Shown here: positions 12,451-22,900 of the stretch, in pieces
Numbering within the stretch: the first letter of the stretch is position 1
Layout of the letters: each line of letters starts with the position of its first letter
Assembly: GCA_977030845.1 (NCBI GenBank)
Contig: OZ365118.1
Coordinates: 3,162,001 to 3,226,000 of the forward strand
Length of the DNA: 64,000 bases
Origin: Fimbriosthenelais zetlandica
Lineage: Eukaryota
Direction of reading: 5' to 3'
Position numbers and translations under genes: made by a program
The notes under the pieces: model-generated
What the model was told of the DNA's origin: nothing
Databases searched by the model: none
What the model saw: only the letters and a program-made list of their open reading frames with translations

Positions 12451-13160
12451 GTCTGTATGTCTCGTACATATTGAACTCTTGTAGTGAGGAACCGTTGGGG
12501 TGATTGTCAGTCTGAACATTAAGTTCCTAAGGACGAGGCCTAATCAAATGAAGCATTGCTGTAAGTGAGTTAGAGGGAAGCCTTCTGTAATCAAACGGAG
12601 CCGCAGCCTTGTGCTCCGTCAGATAAAGTAAACAAGCTACTAAATCAAGATAAGTCAGACTGACCATCAAATTAAAAGTATATCTCACCTCCAACCCCCC
12701 TCCTCCATCCCGCTGACTGAAATTACTGTTAAATTTACAAAGGCTATACTCCCCACCAATACCGGACTAATTCCAATCACTTAAATCAAATTAAGTCGAT
12801 GATTATTCGATAATGAGATATTTTAAGATGAGTGTTGAAATACTTTTACTGGTTTTTATCACATAAACATTTCTGATTTGAAAAGTTAAATTTTATCGTT
12901 TGAGATTCATGTGGATGCAGTAAGGTAGAATATTTCACTTGCCGGCTCCGATGTTACATGACAGAGCGCCTTACATCCTTTGCCTGCTCCTGCTTGTGAA
13001 AGGAAACTATAGTACCTTCATGCTGTGATGCTCAAGTCTTAAATTTCAAGGAACGAGTTCCCTGTGAAACTTCTCCCCTTTCAAAGTTTATAATGATAAA
13101 GTAAAGCACTCTCCACTATACTCTATATTTATGGTCTATCCAGTATACATGTTGCCAGGT

Positions 13161-13241
13161 AATTGCATTAATGTTAAAATATATTCAGTTATTGACTATA
13201 ATTCTATTCAATACTGAATATATTTTAACATTAATGCAATT
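13161..13241. repeat. AT-rich 81-bp palindrome/hairpin
   Basis: Perfect 28-bp inverted repeat AATTGCATTAATGTTAAAATATATTCAG (13161-13188) / reverse complement (13214-13241), with further inner TATTGA/TCAATA pairing. Confidence 0.9.
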
Positions 13242-16088
13242 GACTATTTGATATATCATCTAAATGTTTAAATTCAGTCGCTACAGCATGAGATGTAATA
13301 TTAGATTGAAGGAGAATATATCTCCCTCCTGCTCGTGATCTTACACATTACATGAGGATTCTAATGAAATCATGGACATAAACACTTTACATATAGCCAA
13401 CATTCCCCCAGGCAAATCCAGCACTTTAGAAAGACTTCCATGTTAGGAGCGTCAATCTATTTGTGGCATGTCCTTACACATAATTCTATGAAGAACAAGA
13501 CAAGAGGCATAAATTTGCTCTAATCATGTCAATATTTGCACACCTTCATTAATAACAATATCGCTGATCAGTCATACCTGCGGCGTCTATTGCTTATCAC
13601 AGCCTCACTGCCTGCAGACCCACTGTGATTCCTGATTCCTTCCAGCTAAAGCATATTGTGTTTCAATTAGAACTTGTTATTTCCCCACGCTCCTACATCG
13701 CAGCAATATAAATGGGACACATGCAAGCAGTCCCTGCCTTGCGTGACACCTAATTATTCCGAGCATCAACATTCTTTCTAAGAGCGAGCTTGTTCTCTCT
13801 TCAGCACAAATACCTCTGAGTGAAGTTGGGGTTTGGATCGTGTTTGTTTCGGATCCCACGTCAGGTCAAAGAAATAAAGGTTATATTGGTCGACTCTGAA
13901 GAGATGCGGGGGGGGCATACCTTCATGTTTGTGGCCACTTAAAGAAGGCCTCTCCATCCAGGTTGTTGGCCTCTATGAAACAATGCGGGTATTAAAACTC
14001 CAATCTGCTTCCATTTCCATCGCTTGTTGCAGCCGTGCCCACTCAGGCGCACTCCAAAAACAATCAGGCCTTTCATCCGTTCACATCAATGAGAATCCTT
14101 GATGGCATTTCATAAAATATATATTTCCCAATTGTGTGTTACTGCCTGATGGCTTCTTATGAAAACATGGAATGTGCAGGATTGTAATTGGATTTTAACT
14201 TAAAAAACTTCACTTGTTTTTGGTTCATTTCTTCCTGAACCAGACCGCCTCATACATAGTTTTTATTCTGTCTGGCTTCGGTATTAATACTTAATGAAAC
14301 AATATCGGTGAAAAATACTCATTTATTGTGGTTATGAGGCGGTAATGAAGATAGTCATTACCTGTCTCGTAGAGGGCGAGTTAAGCCAGTTTAAGCCACA
14401 TATCAGAGAGGAATACAGGGAGAATGGTAAGTGATTTGAGGTCCATCTTGAAACCTAACATTCACCTCTCATCCGGAAGCACTTGAAGCCATGAGAATAC
14501 CTCAACACTCGAGCTGCACATCTCAGAGAAGTAGGCCTTGTGGTGTCTGTGACTTGGTGCTATCTATCACCATATGACTGGGTTGATATGAGAGATTAGA
14601 GATGGAGTGGTTACAATGGTAGGGGCTGGAAGCATTGCATGGCTGGGCGTTATCATGTTCACTTACACACCCATGATGCATGCTCAGGTCGAAGTATAAG
14701 TGACTGGGTAGAGTGAGGTGGGACCGGGCTCTATCTCTACCCATATACACGCCTGATTACAGGCCTGCATACGGTGGGCGGGGGCTGGCTTGGTGGATTG
14801 GATAATGATACTAGTGCCAAGCCTATTACCTTAGCACTGCCTAACCTCATCAGTCCAATTACACAGATACCAATCCCCGGCTTCCACTGGCAGCCAAGTG
14901 GCCTACCGCCCAGTGGTAGACCCACTTCCCCATGTTGCTCCTATAGGGATCAAAACCACTCCAAACGGGAGGAGGGAGATAGAGGGAAGAAGGAGTACAA
15001 GAGGTTTAAGTTATTAATTACTACATTGTGGTGATTAGGCATGCTTTGTGAGCTAAATCCAGACATGTCCTTCCCTGAGCCTCACAGTTCCTAACTTATC
15101 TTCACCAATTCCTTCATATGAGCTGGAATTTCCAGAAGTATTTCAAGTAATGCCTGCATAGAGACTGTAAATGTAATTTTAATGTTGATGTTATTTTCAG
15201 TTTCTGTACATTTTTCTACATTATCCAGCTACAAAATCTTTTATGGTTACATGGTATTTTAAGGGCTTTATCTATTGATGCGCCATGGCTTGCTTCTTTG
15301 CCTCAAGTTTCAGATTTCATTAAAACCCAACTGGCTGCGTGCCAGGCGAGGATTTATTTTATGCTTGACGCCTCGTTTGCCACGCTGATTTTCTAATGGG
15401 AATATCCGACCAATTTGATCTAATTGTGGTCAAAATGGATTGGAGGTTTTGAAGAAGAGGGACTGGAGAGGCACATTAAAAAGGGACCTGGCAAGAAAGT
15501 GGGGTAAGGGCCAATCCTATTACTTGTTGCTAGCATGTCTTTGATGAGGTCAAGGCCACTGTGGAAATCTCCTGGAAAAGGAGGTCAGAATAGTAGAGGC
15601 AAGTCATGATGTCACTTCCGGGATAATGACGTTTGTCATGGTATTTTCCTGGTGAACAAAAAGCTTCAGTTTTAGCAGTCTAAAAACGGTATACGGTTTT
15701 ATAGGGTAACATAAGTTACTGTCTGCATATTTATCACAGAGAAAAACTCATTCAATGTGATTCTTTGTGATATCACTGGCCCTGAGATCGTGAAAGTAGG
15801 AGGACTGACAGAGAAGGGAAGGATGGGAGTCGATATGATAAGGAGAGATAGATTGTTGCAGTTCCCTTCATAAATGTCAATGGACTCTGATAGCAGTTTT
15901 TCACCACCATTTCCCTCACAGATCATCTGATCTTTATTGTTTACTCGATGATTAATAGCTGAAGATATTACATTACACATGTAATCAGAAGGATGGCATT
16001 CTTAAGCATATGTCTACTACAATAAGAAATCCATCTCATGATAAAAATTTGAAGAAGCTCCAATTCATTCATCAACATTTCTATTTCC

Positions 16089-16151
16089 AATGTTGCCATC
16101 ACTTCCATGAAAGGTTGGAATGTTGCGATCACTCCCATGAAAGGTGGAATG
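16089..16151. repeat. 30-bp tandem duplication at the downstream edge of the DIRS remnant
   Basis: AATGTTGCCATCACTTCCATGAAAGGTTGG / AATGTTGCGATCACTCCCATGAAAGGTGG. Confidence 0.9.
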
Positions 16152-16179
16152 ATTTGTGAATATAATTTTCCTCTCGGGA

Positions 16180-17090
16180 GACTTTGAGTTTGTATTTAAG
16201 CTTTCGGTTCATTGCCCCAGTATGCCACTGTTACTTGTGGTTCTCCTAGTCCCTCCTGTCATTGAGGCCTACCACCACCCAATGTCCATGATAGAGAGTG
16301 TTTCAACCTACAGCACTCACTCCAGCCTCCCCACATCCAGGATGAAGTATTTTAATCGAATCAGTAGTAGATATCTGAGGAGGTGAGACAGTAATTGAGA
16401 ACCTGTGTCTCATTACTCCATGCACTTAGATTATTACAATCTGGAGTTCGTCCCCTCCACATCTTACTATGAACATTAGCTTTGTAACATTGACTCTCTT
16501 TGCTGGCATGTTTAATCATGTACTATTAATCTGCCTACTAGGCTGTGTTTTTTGGAGTGGTAAATTAGGATATTGGTGGGATGTCTCGTTTCCAAGGCCT
16601 CCCATGACTCGTCCTTCCTGAGCACTTTAACTAATGATGGTTTAACTTGCTATTTGCATTAGCTTAAATGGCTCTAACTTCAGGACAGTGGGGAAGATAC
16701 GATCTTCATTGTAAAGTATGGAGATATCTGCTATTCACCAACTAATATCAAATGTTTCACTTAAACCTTGGCATATGGAAGTTAATACTTTCAATAGTTT
16801 GTAAAGGGTCATTACAGAAGCAATCCTTGATGAAGAAATGAATGGTGGTTGAATGCCATATCGTCCTTGATGGACTAAGTCTTCCAACTGAAGCACCACT
16901 CCCATGTTCCTATGTATTTGGGTGATAGTAGTATATGGAAAGAGCTACAAGTCTCTGGGTCCAAAAGCTGCTCGCTTGACTTAGGGAGAATGAGAGGTTA
17001 CATAATATAAGCTCTACCTTTCTACTGAGTTCAGTGGTACAGGGTCATATTCCAAACCCTCTAAGTACACTTTATACTTGGTTTGATCAG
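16180..17090 (-). pseudogene. Degenerate DIRS-type tyrosine recombinase fragment
   Basis: KPSIKCT*RVWN (17084-17049), ETFDIS (16758-16741) followed after a frameshift by RYLHTL (16729-16712), SAQ (16626-16618) and TRRTTS (16250-16233). These resemble DIRS YR motifs (RPSTxxxYxxxW, PRYxxTWDVxxVLxYL, LALxSAQR, HSTRxxxTS) in the right order. Many stops and frameshifts. Confidence 0.5.
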
Positions 17091-17519
17091 GGTTTATTGC
17101 ACTTTATCATGCCAGGATAACCCATGTGGGGTGTATACCACAGTGGCAATGTGCTGCGAAAACTGGGGGTTGATTCATAGAAAATGAGCCATATACACCC
17201 ATAGACCTATCATTGTAGATCGTGATTTTTAATGAACGACCCCCTGATTTTTTAGGGCGTTGGGAGTTAGTGAAATGGGAGTAAGGTGATGGTGTGTTCA
17301 CATGTATTCCTGCCATGTCTACACGTCTACGTGTCACATTGTGAGAACATGTTGATTATGGTGATCACTTGAAACTTGATGTGATCAGAATGTAGTAGGT
17401 GAGAATATAGTGGGACATTAACTAGTGGTTACACTGGCTGAACCGTCCAGTCTACACGACAGCTGACTCAGCTCGACCACGGTTTAAGTGGGAAGCTTGA
17501 GTGAGTCTAATATCTAAGG

Positions 17520-17820
17520 GGAGACCGACAGATGTTAAATAGCCACTTAGATCCTGGTTACCAATCTATTGGAGCATCAAATCCCCCCAAAAAAGAATCA
17601 CCCGGCTTTTCCTGTAAGATCATAGACTTGTAAAATAACGTCCAGTTCATCACCGGATATGACGTCATGGATTCCTCACTGCGCATGTGCAGTGGGGGAT
17701 GATGTTGATGTGCCATGTAGTATGAAAGCCGCGCATTACAAGGCTATAATGGCCTGTGTATATCAACTCGGGTTGTAAAGTTTCTAAGCGGTTGCTTGTC
17801 GACTTCCGGTACACTAAAAA
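17520..17820 (-). pseudogene. Degenerate DIRS-type DNA N6-adenine methyltransferase-like domain
   Basis: One frame gives VPEVD (17812-17798), NARLSYY (17737-17717), NWTLFY (17647-17630), ILQEK and APIDW*PGSKWLF (17576-17538). This resembles the DIRS MT pattern PxxDLFA..NxRLxxY..W..YAFPP..QEK..APxWPxxxW. The catalytic FPP motif is not preserved. Confidence 0.4.
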
Positions 17821-17899
17821 GTTTTCAATACAATAAAGCGATGGTGACCGGATGTGGAGGGTACGGGTATGGACAGAAACGGCTGAAGTCGAGGGCCTA

Positions 17900-18260
17900 T
17901 TGAGTCTCTATCTGTCAGACCTGCCAGCTCTCTAGCCTGCCATTTACTGGGCTGGTAAAATACACCATGTCTCAAATCTACCACCAAGTGCTGCTGCATC
18001 CCATCCACCGTCCATTTACAACCAGTGGAATCGTTTATAAGTGGTATTAACAAGCCGCTTCTCATATAGATTAGGCCGGTTTGAGTGGACACAAGGACCA
18101 TTGGATGGTTCTAGATGTTCATAGTGAGATGTGGACAATAGGTGAATGTATGAGCTCTGATACTGACTTAGGGAGTGTTGATGTGGGTTTTGATCATTCC
18201 CCACTATGCCTTGCTGGTTCGATCTCATAATGATACGACCCGTTATGGCCGCGTCAATGT
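17900..18260 (-). pseudogene. Degenerate DIRS-type RNase H domain
   Basis: With one frameshift: IDAAITG (18258-18238) ... QG.W ... HIN (18185-18177) ... RA ... VLV (18098-18090) ... IY ... LR ... P ... ARE (about 17930). The span is about 110 codons, similar in length and motif order to the DIRS RNase H pattern TDASxxGW..QGxW..HINxLELRA..VLVxTDN..AYIN..LRAxHIPG..AD. It overlaps track ORF 17814..18101. Confidence 0.5.
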
Positions 18261-18269
18261 GTGGGCTGT

Positions 18270-18530
18270 GCGGCCATGCGTGCGGTCACTGCGGCTACGT
18301 TATGCCACTATTGTACACCACGTTTGTTCCTGCCTCAGTTGGTCAGCCGGCTAACACAATATGTGGGTCAGTTTGATCATTCTCCTCACACCCCATGATT
18401 CTATCTAATCATGATACCACTGACCGGTATGTGTGCACCCTTTCACTACCATCATGCTTTCATCCCAGCATTTCAAACTCCCATCCCCTTTTCAACATGA
18501 ACCTCACTAAAGTTGTTCTATAGAGTTGAC
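18270..18530 (-). pseudogene. Possible C-terminal remnant of DIRS reverse transcriptase
   Basis: Weak fragments only (FPAVNSIEQL, WDESMMV, VQ*WHN where TAG could be a mutated TGG giving QWW). It sits immediately upstream of the RNase H remnant. No YxDD motif found. Confidence 0.25.
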
Positions 18531-18973
18531 TGCTGGGAAAGTACAAAGCTTAAATGTGCCATTGTGTAGAAACAAAGTGTGTAGGACATGCCATTTAAAG
18601 CAATGGACATTTGGGTAACATTTGTGTTATGTTCAAACAATAATTGCCTCAGAAAACTTATCCTCCTGAGAAGGTAAGATGGAATTTCCTACAAATAAAT
18701 CAAATTTTCCTTCTGGGAATGGCCAAAACCCAAGGGGGAACTCTAGCCAGGGTATGAAACTTTAATCTGCTTGCCTCACTAATTACTAACCATGAGGCAC
18801 ACACACACTGTAACTTAGTCTGAGCAGATGACGGACATCCTATCCTCCCATCTTTCCCTACAAACCCTTAACTGACAAGTGATCAGAGATTTTCTTGAGG
18901 AGATGACATGATTTGGATGTGTCAGGCTTTGCTATCTAGATCCTAGATGGCTGGCTTCCTCTCGTCTTATCAC

Positions 18974-19170
18974 TGCAGGCTTCCTTAAGAGGAGTGGTAG
19001 GTTTATATATCGCTCATCCCGCCCGCGATATCGTGGCTGGCCGCCCCGCGTCGCCCCGCATCGCGTGATGCTAGCGATGCGTCCCCTCGCCGCGTTCCAT
19101 TGGGACTAATCTCACCTTTTGCCCCTTCATCACTGGGAACCTTTGCGGACACGCACGTGCGAGATTGGAG
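18974..19170 (-). promoter_or_regulatory. Putative TATA/CCAAT Pol II promoter
   Basis: Minus strand: CCAAT at 19168-64 and 19103-099, CpG-rich 19010-19100, TATATAAA at 19009-19002, and an Inr-like CAGT with A at 18974. Confidence 0.35.
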
Positions 19171-19980
19171 CTCAATGGCCAGCTCAGCCTCCCTGCATTC
19201 CCTCACTAGCGTGGACAATCACTATCACAGCCACTCCATGAGAAAAACCTCTTGACCGGGGCAAGTAAGAGAAGACAGGCAGGCGGACAAAACTTTATCA
19301 ATTATGCAGCGAAGCTCAAATGTAATGAAGAGAGGAGAGTAGAAATGGCCAATAAAAGGAAGAAAGTAGAGAGATACAGGAGTCTATTGAATCGGAAACT
19401 GGCTCGAATCAAGGCTATGTTCCTGCTCTTCTCATGTCCCCTCGCCTTTCATCCCGCTCTTCATACTGAGGCGTTTCTTACACTGAAATCTGATTGTTGG
19501 ATTTTTGTATTTGCTAATAGAACCAATGTAACCGTAGAAGTCTAACCTTTAGAATGTTAATGCTCAACTGTCGTGCTCCACGTGTTGAAAATCACGGCAA
19601 TAATATCCTCCATATAGAGTTATCTCAAGCACAATACAGCTTAGCTTTATTTATTAAAAGCTGCTGTAGCAATCAGACTTCTCTATCAGAAGCTCTACTA
19701 GCAGCAAGACAATAGCAAATCACCTCAGAGGAGGGACATTTTTCACCCCGGTGCCTTCCCTGACCGCTGGGGATATCAATTTATCCTCCAACCACCGTTA
19801 CCGTGTGATTGTGATCGGGAGTGAAAGGCGTGATTTTTTTTCTCATTTTGATGGGTCATCATCCGGGGTGTGGGGGTGAGGATGAGGAGCAGGGCACACA
19901 TAACATGGACCGACCATGGCAACAAATGATGGCTACCTCCCCATTATCACCCACCTCGTCCGCCATGACAGCTAGTGAAA

Positions 19981-19993
19981 TGCCATCTGGTGG
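19981..19993 (-). promoter_or_regulatory. CTCF consensus site
   Basis: TGCCATCTGGTGG; reverse complement CCACCAGATGGCA fully matches CCASYAGRKGGCR. Confidence 0.45.
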
Positions 19994-22900
19994 CGGGTAA
20001 TGTCATACTCCCGCTGCTTCCCCGGGAACGGGAGGAGGTGTGGAGGGGTGAGCATCCATGGTAGGCGGTGTAGCTCGGTGTAGCACGGCCCCAGGCCCAA
20101 CTTTAATGCTACTTGACGCCTTACAATCAACCAGAAAACGTGACACCCACTGGCGAATCTAGATTCACTTAAAACCCAAGAAACTTTCCTCTCTTAGAGC
20201 CGTTTCAACTTTAATGGCGTTGCCGTGTAGCTGAAGGAATGGGGGCTGTTTCCAAATCAAGGTCAGATTCAGATTCCAGGAGCAGCTCAAGCCATATCTG
20301 ACCTATTTATATGTATGGTGATATATGAATTTGGTAATCGATTGATCGTACCTGGATGTATTAGCAAAAGTCCAGTTTTACATCTGCTCCTATGATTGTT
20401 TCTGCCTTAGAGTGGAATCCCACTTTGTGCCTCATTCTCCATTAAGCAAAACACTTTGAAGTCGATTGCAGGGATTCAATTGCGGCATTCTCTGTACCCT
20501 TTTAATTCGAGTTGCACATGCAGTTCGACGGACTCAACGAGCAATTCGTATAACGCTAACCGGTCTATATTCTACTCACTATAGAAGGATATTTGCAGGG
20601 AATTGTATGAAGGATAGATTGAGGTATTTGCGGTAAGGGTTAATTCATTTTTGTTCTCAATATAATCATGGAGAGGTTTCACACATCCTGTGTCAACAGG
20701 CGGGCCTATGATTAGAAATTCCGCTGAAGGAAATTGATGTGTGTCAGGCTGTCAGTGGGAAGGTGGCTTGGTGGGGTGATCCATTATTTATACTCGAGGA
20801 GGGAGAGCATGTGAAACCCTAACACTGGAGTAGGCTACCTCCTTATACATAGACCTCATAGTCCCCAGTGTAAACACATACCCTAACCCTGTCTTACATA
20901 TAACCCATTCAACAAATATGTACCATTACATAAATATTGCATCCAAATTAAGCAGAGATTTATGCCATAATATCTCTATTGACAATTTAACTAATATCTA
21001 CAATAACAATCCCTATTACTAATTGAAGAAAGATGTACCATGACATTTTATATTACCAATGCAACAAGGATGTACAATAACATTGGCTGCATTGATAGAC
21101 AAGATAAAAACATTTCCCCTTCATGTAACATTCATGTAGTATTCTTCCCTTAATCTGATTGTTTAATTTAATTGATCTAATTTGTAGATTATTGATGTTC
21201 TACTTCCCTTAGGAAAAAGTACCTTAAACTAATTGTTCGGGGGAATTCAGGAGATAACCCATTGTAGATAACAAGGAAATATCTCATTTGAGGATAAATA
21301 GGCATACATGAGTGCACCCAGAATAACATATTTAAAGCTTAGGGAGGTTTTATATAACTAATAATATTATAATGCATTTGACCTTAGTTGAAGACAATAT
21401 AATAATCATGAAGTAAACTCACGCACCCCATACCTGTATAATATGCTCATTTATTGCTCCCACTAATTACCTTTGATTTTTCTCTGCTTTGCGGTTATGG
21501 AACATGTTATGAATGCTCACATCCCTAAAGCGCTTCCGTGTAAAAAGCGTGTAAATGGGTCACATCCCATTGTGTAAGAATCTGTTCACTGATTAACGAC
21601 CTTTCTATTTCTTCTGGCCATTTTCGGTGCAATGTGTATGATGATTATTACTATAAATGAGAACAATATTCCCATTGCTCGCCTCTCACGCGCACAAAGC
21701 CAGAGACATTTATCTGAGGGGTGTACACATGCTTGGTATTAATACCACACTTAATCACACATGTGAACATGGGCGTCTTCTCATAGTAAACATGTTATCC
21801 CAACCAATGGTCCTTATTGTGCCTCTCTGACCACTTAAAGCGACTACATCCTGTATTGATACACTTGAATCTCCACTAGTTAACTAACTACTTATCTAGA
21901 GTATTATCAAAATGATACAATTCAGTGTCCACTAACAACCACAACCATATAATGATCTAAATCAGAAAGGATCAACACCACGAACGATAATCCCCCATCC
22001 TTAATGCGACCATACCATACATTTGAACCAAGGATGGCCGCATTCGGGGTGTATCAATGCAGTAGATTATAAGACAGTATAAGGATTATCCTGGTTTGAA
22101 TTCAGTCAGAGAGTCGTTGCAGGCAGTGATCACACCTAATTATAAATGACTGTTGAGGGTGGCAGGTATTGAATGATTTAACACCACCTTATTGCCCACC
22201 TCACTGGGCCGTGTATGGCCACCATCCAGAACCGACATGGGTCAACCATGACTGGCTGAAAGCCGCCAAGAAACAAAAGCCTTTGGTCAAATGAGCGTGA
22301 GATCATATGTAAATTAAAGCAAATCCAGGCCTTAAAATCCTCCAGCGGGGGAATTTATCTTAGACTAACAAGGGTTGAGGCAGGGGAGGCTGTCTGTAGG
22401 GGAAGGGACAATGGCCTTAAAGCAGGTGAAATGGGGCTTTATTGAAGTCGTTCCACTGACGTACCCCCATAATTGATTCAAATGTGGGGAAAGATCCCCC
22501 CTGACTTTTGCTGTTTCATGTCGCATCAAGCGTTATAATCAAATGCATTTCTTTAACCTGATAGAAGGCAAAGCCCCTGTTGGCTTCAAATATTGCCAGG
22601 GTTTAATTTGAAAATAATAAATATTATCATGATCTGATTGCCCGGTGCAGCATGGTAGAGTTAAGCTAGACATGGCGCCTCTATAGGAAAGCCCAGTCCC
22701 TGACTTTTACTTCTGATTTCTCTATCAACATCCAGTGTGGTAAGGGTAACATTGATAAGGAAACCTCTAATATGCTAACCCCCTACATTAATATTATATA
22801 TCCCCTATGAGGTTTATGCTATGGAATACCTCCAATGATAAGCATAGACTTTCAGTGCACCATTTCCACAGGAATGTTCCATATGCCCAATGTAGAGCAG

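Larger units (their letters stand above)
16150..18530 (-). mobile_element. Highly decayed DIRS1-like (tyrosine recombinase) retrotransposon remnant
   Basis: Manual minus-strand translation across stops and frameshifts gives fragments in the DIRS pol/YR order: RT tail, RNase H (IDAAITG...HIN...VLV...LR...P...A), N6-adenine methylase-like (VPEVD...NARLSYY...NWTLFY...ILQEK...APIDW*PGSKW), then YR (KPSIKCT*RVWN...PRF/ETFDIS/RYLHTL...KL...SAQ...TRRTTS). Matches are to family consensus recalled from memory, with no database search. Termini were not found. Confidence 0.55.

Noticed and set aside
17900-18350. Plus-strand reading resembling a Gypsy integrase (CQTCQ, HID*AG, VLDVHS, SHND, PASVGQ)
   Set aside because: Spacing between most motifs is 9-13 residues too long. 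The minus strand gives a longer, colinear multi-domain DIRS match over the same bases, and both cannot be true. It remains the main alternative to test.
19252-19545. Basic, coiled-coil-looking ORF (KRKKVERYRSLLNRKLARIK)
   Set aside because: TTG start; the Lys/Arg/Glu bias comes from a purine-rich tract; no bZIP or bHLH pattern.
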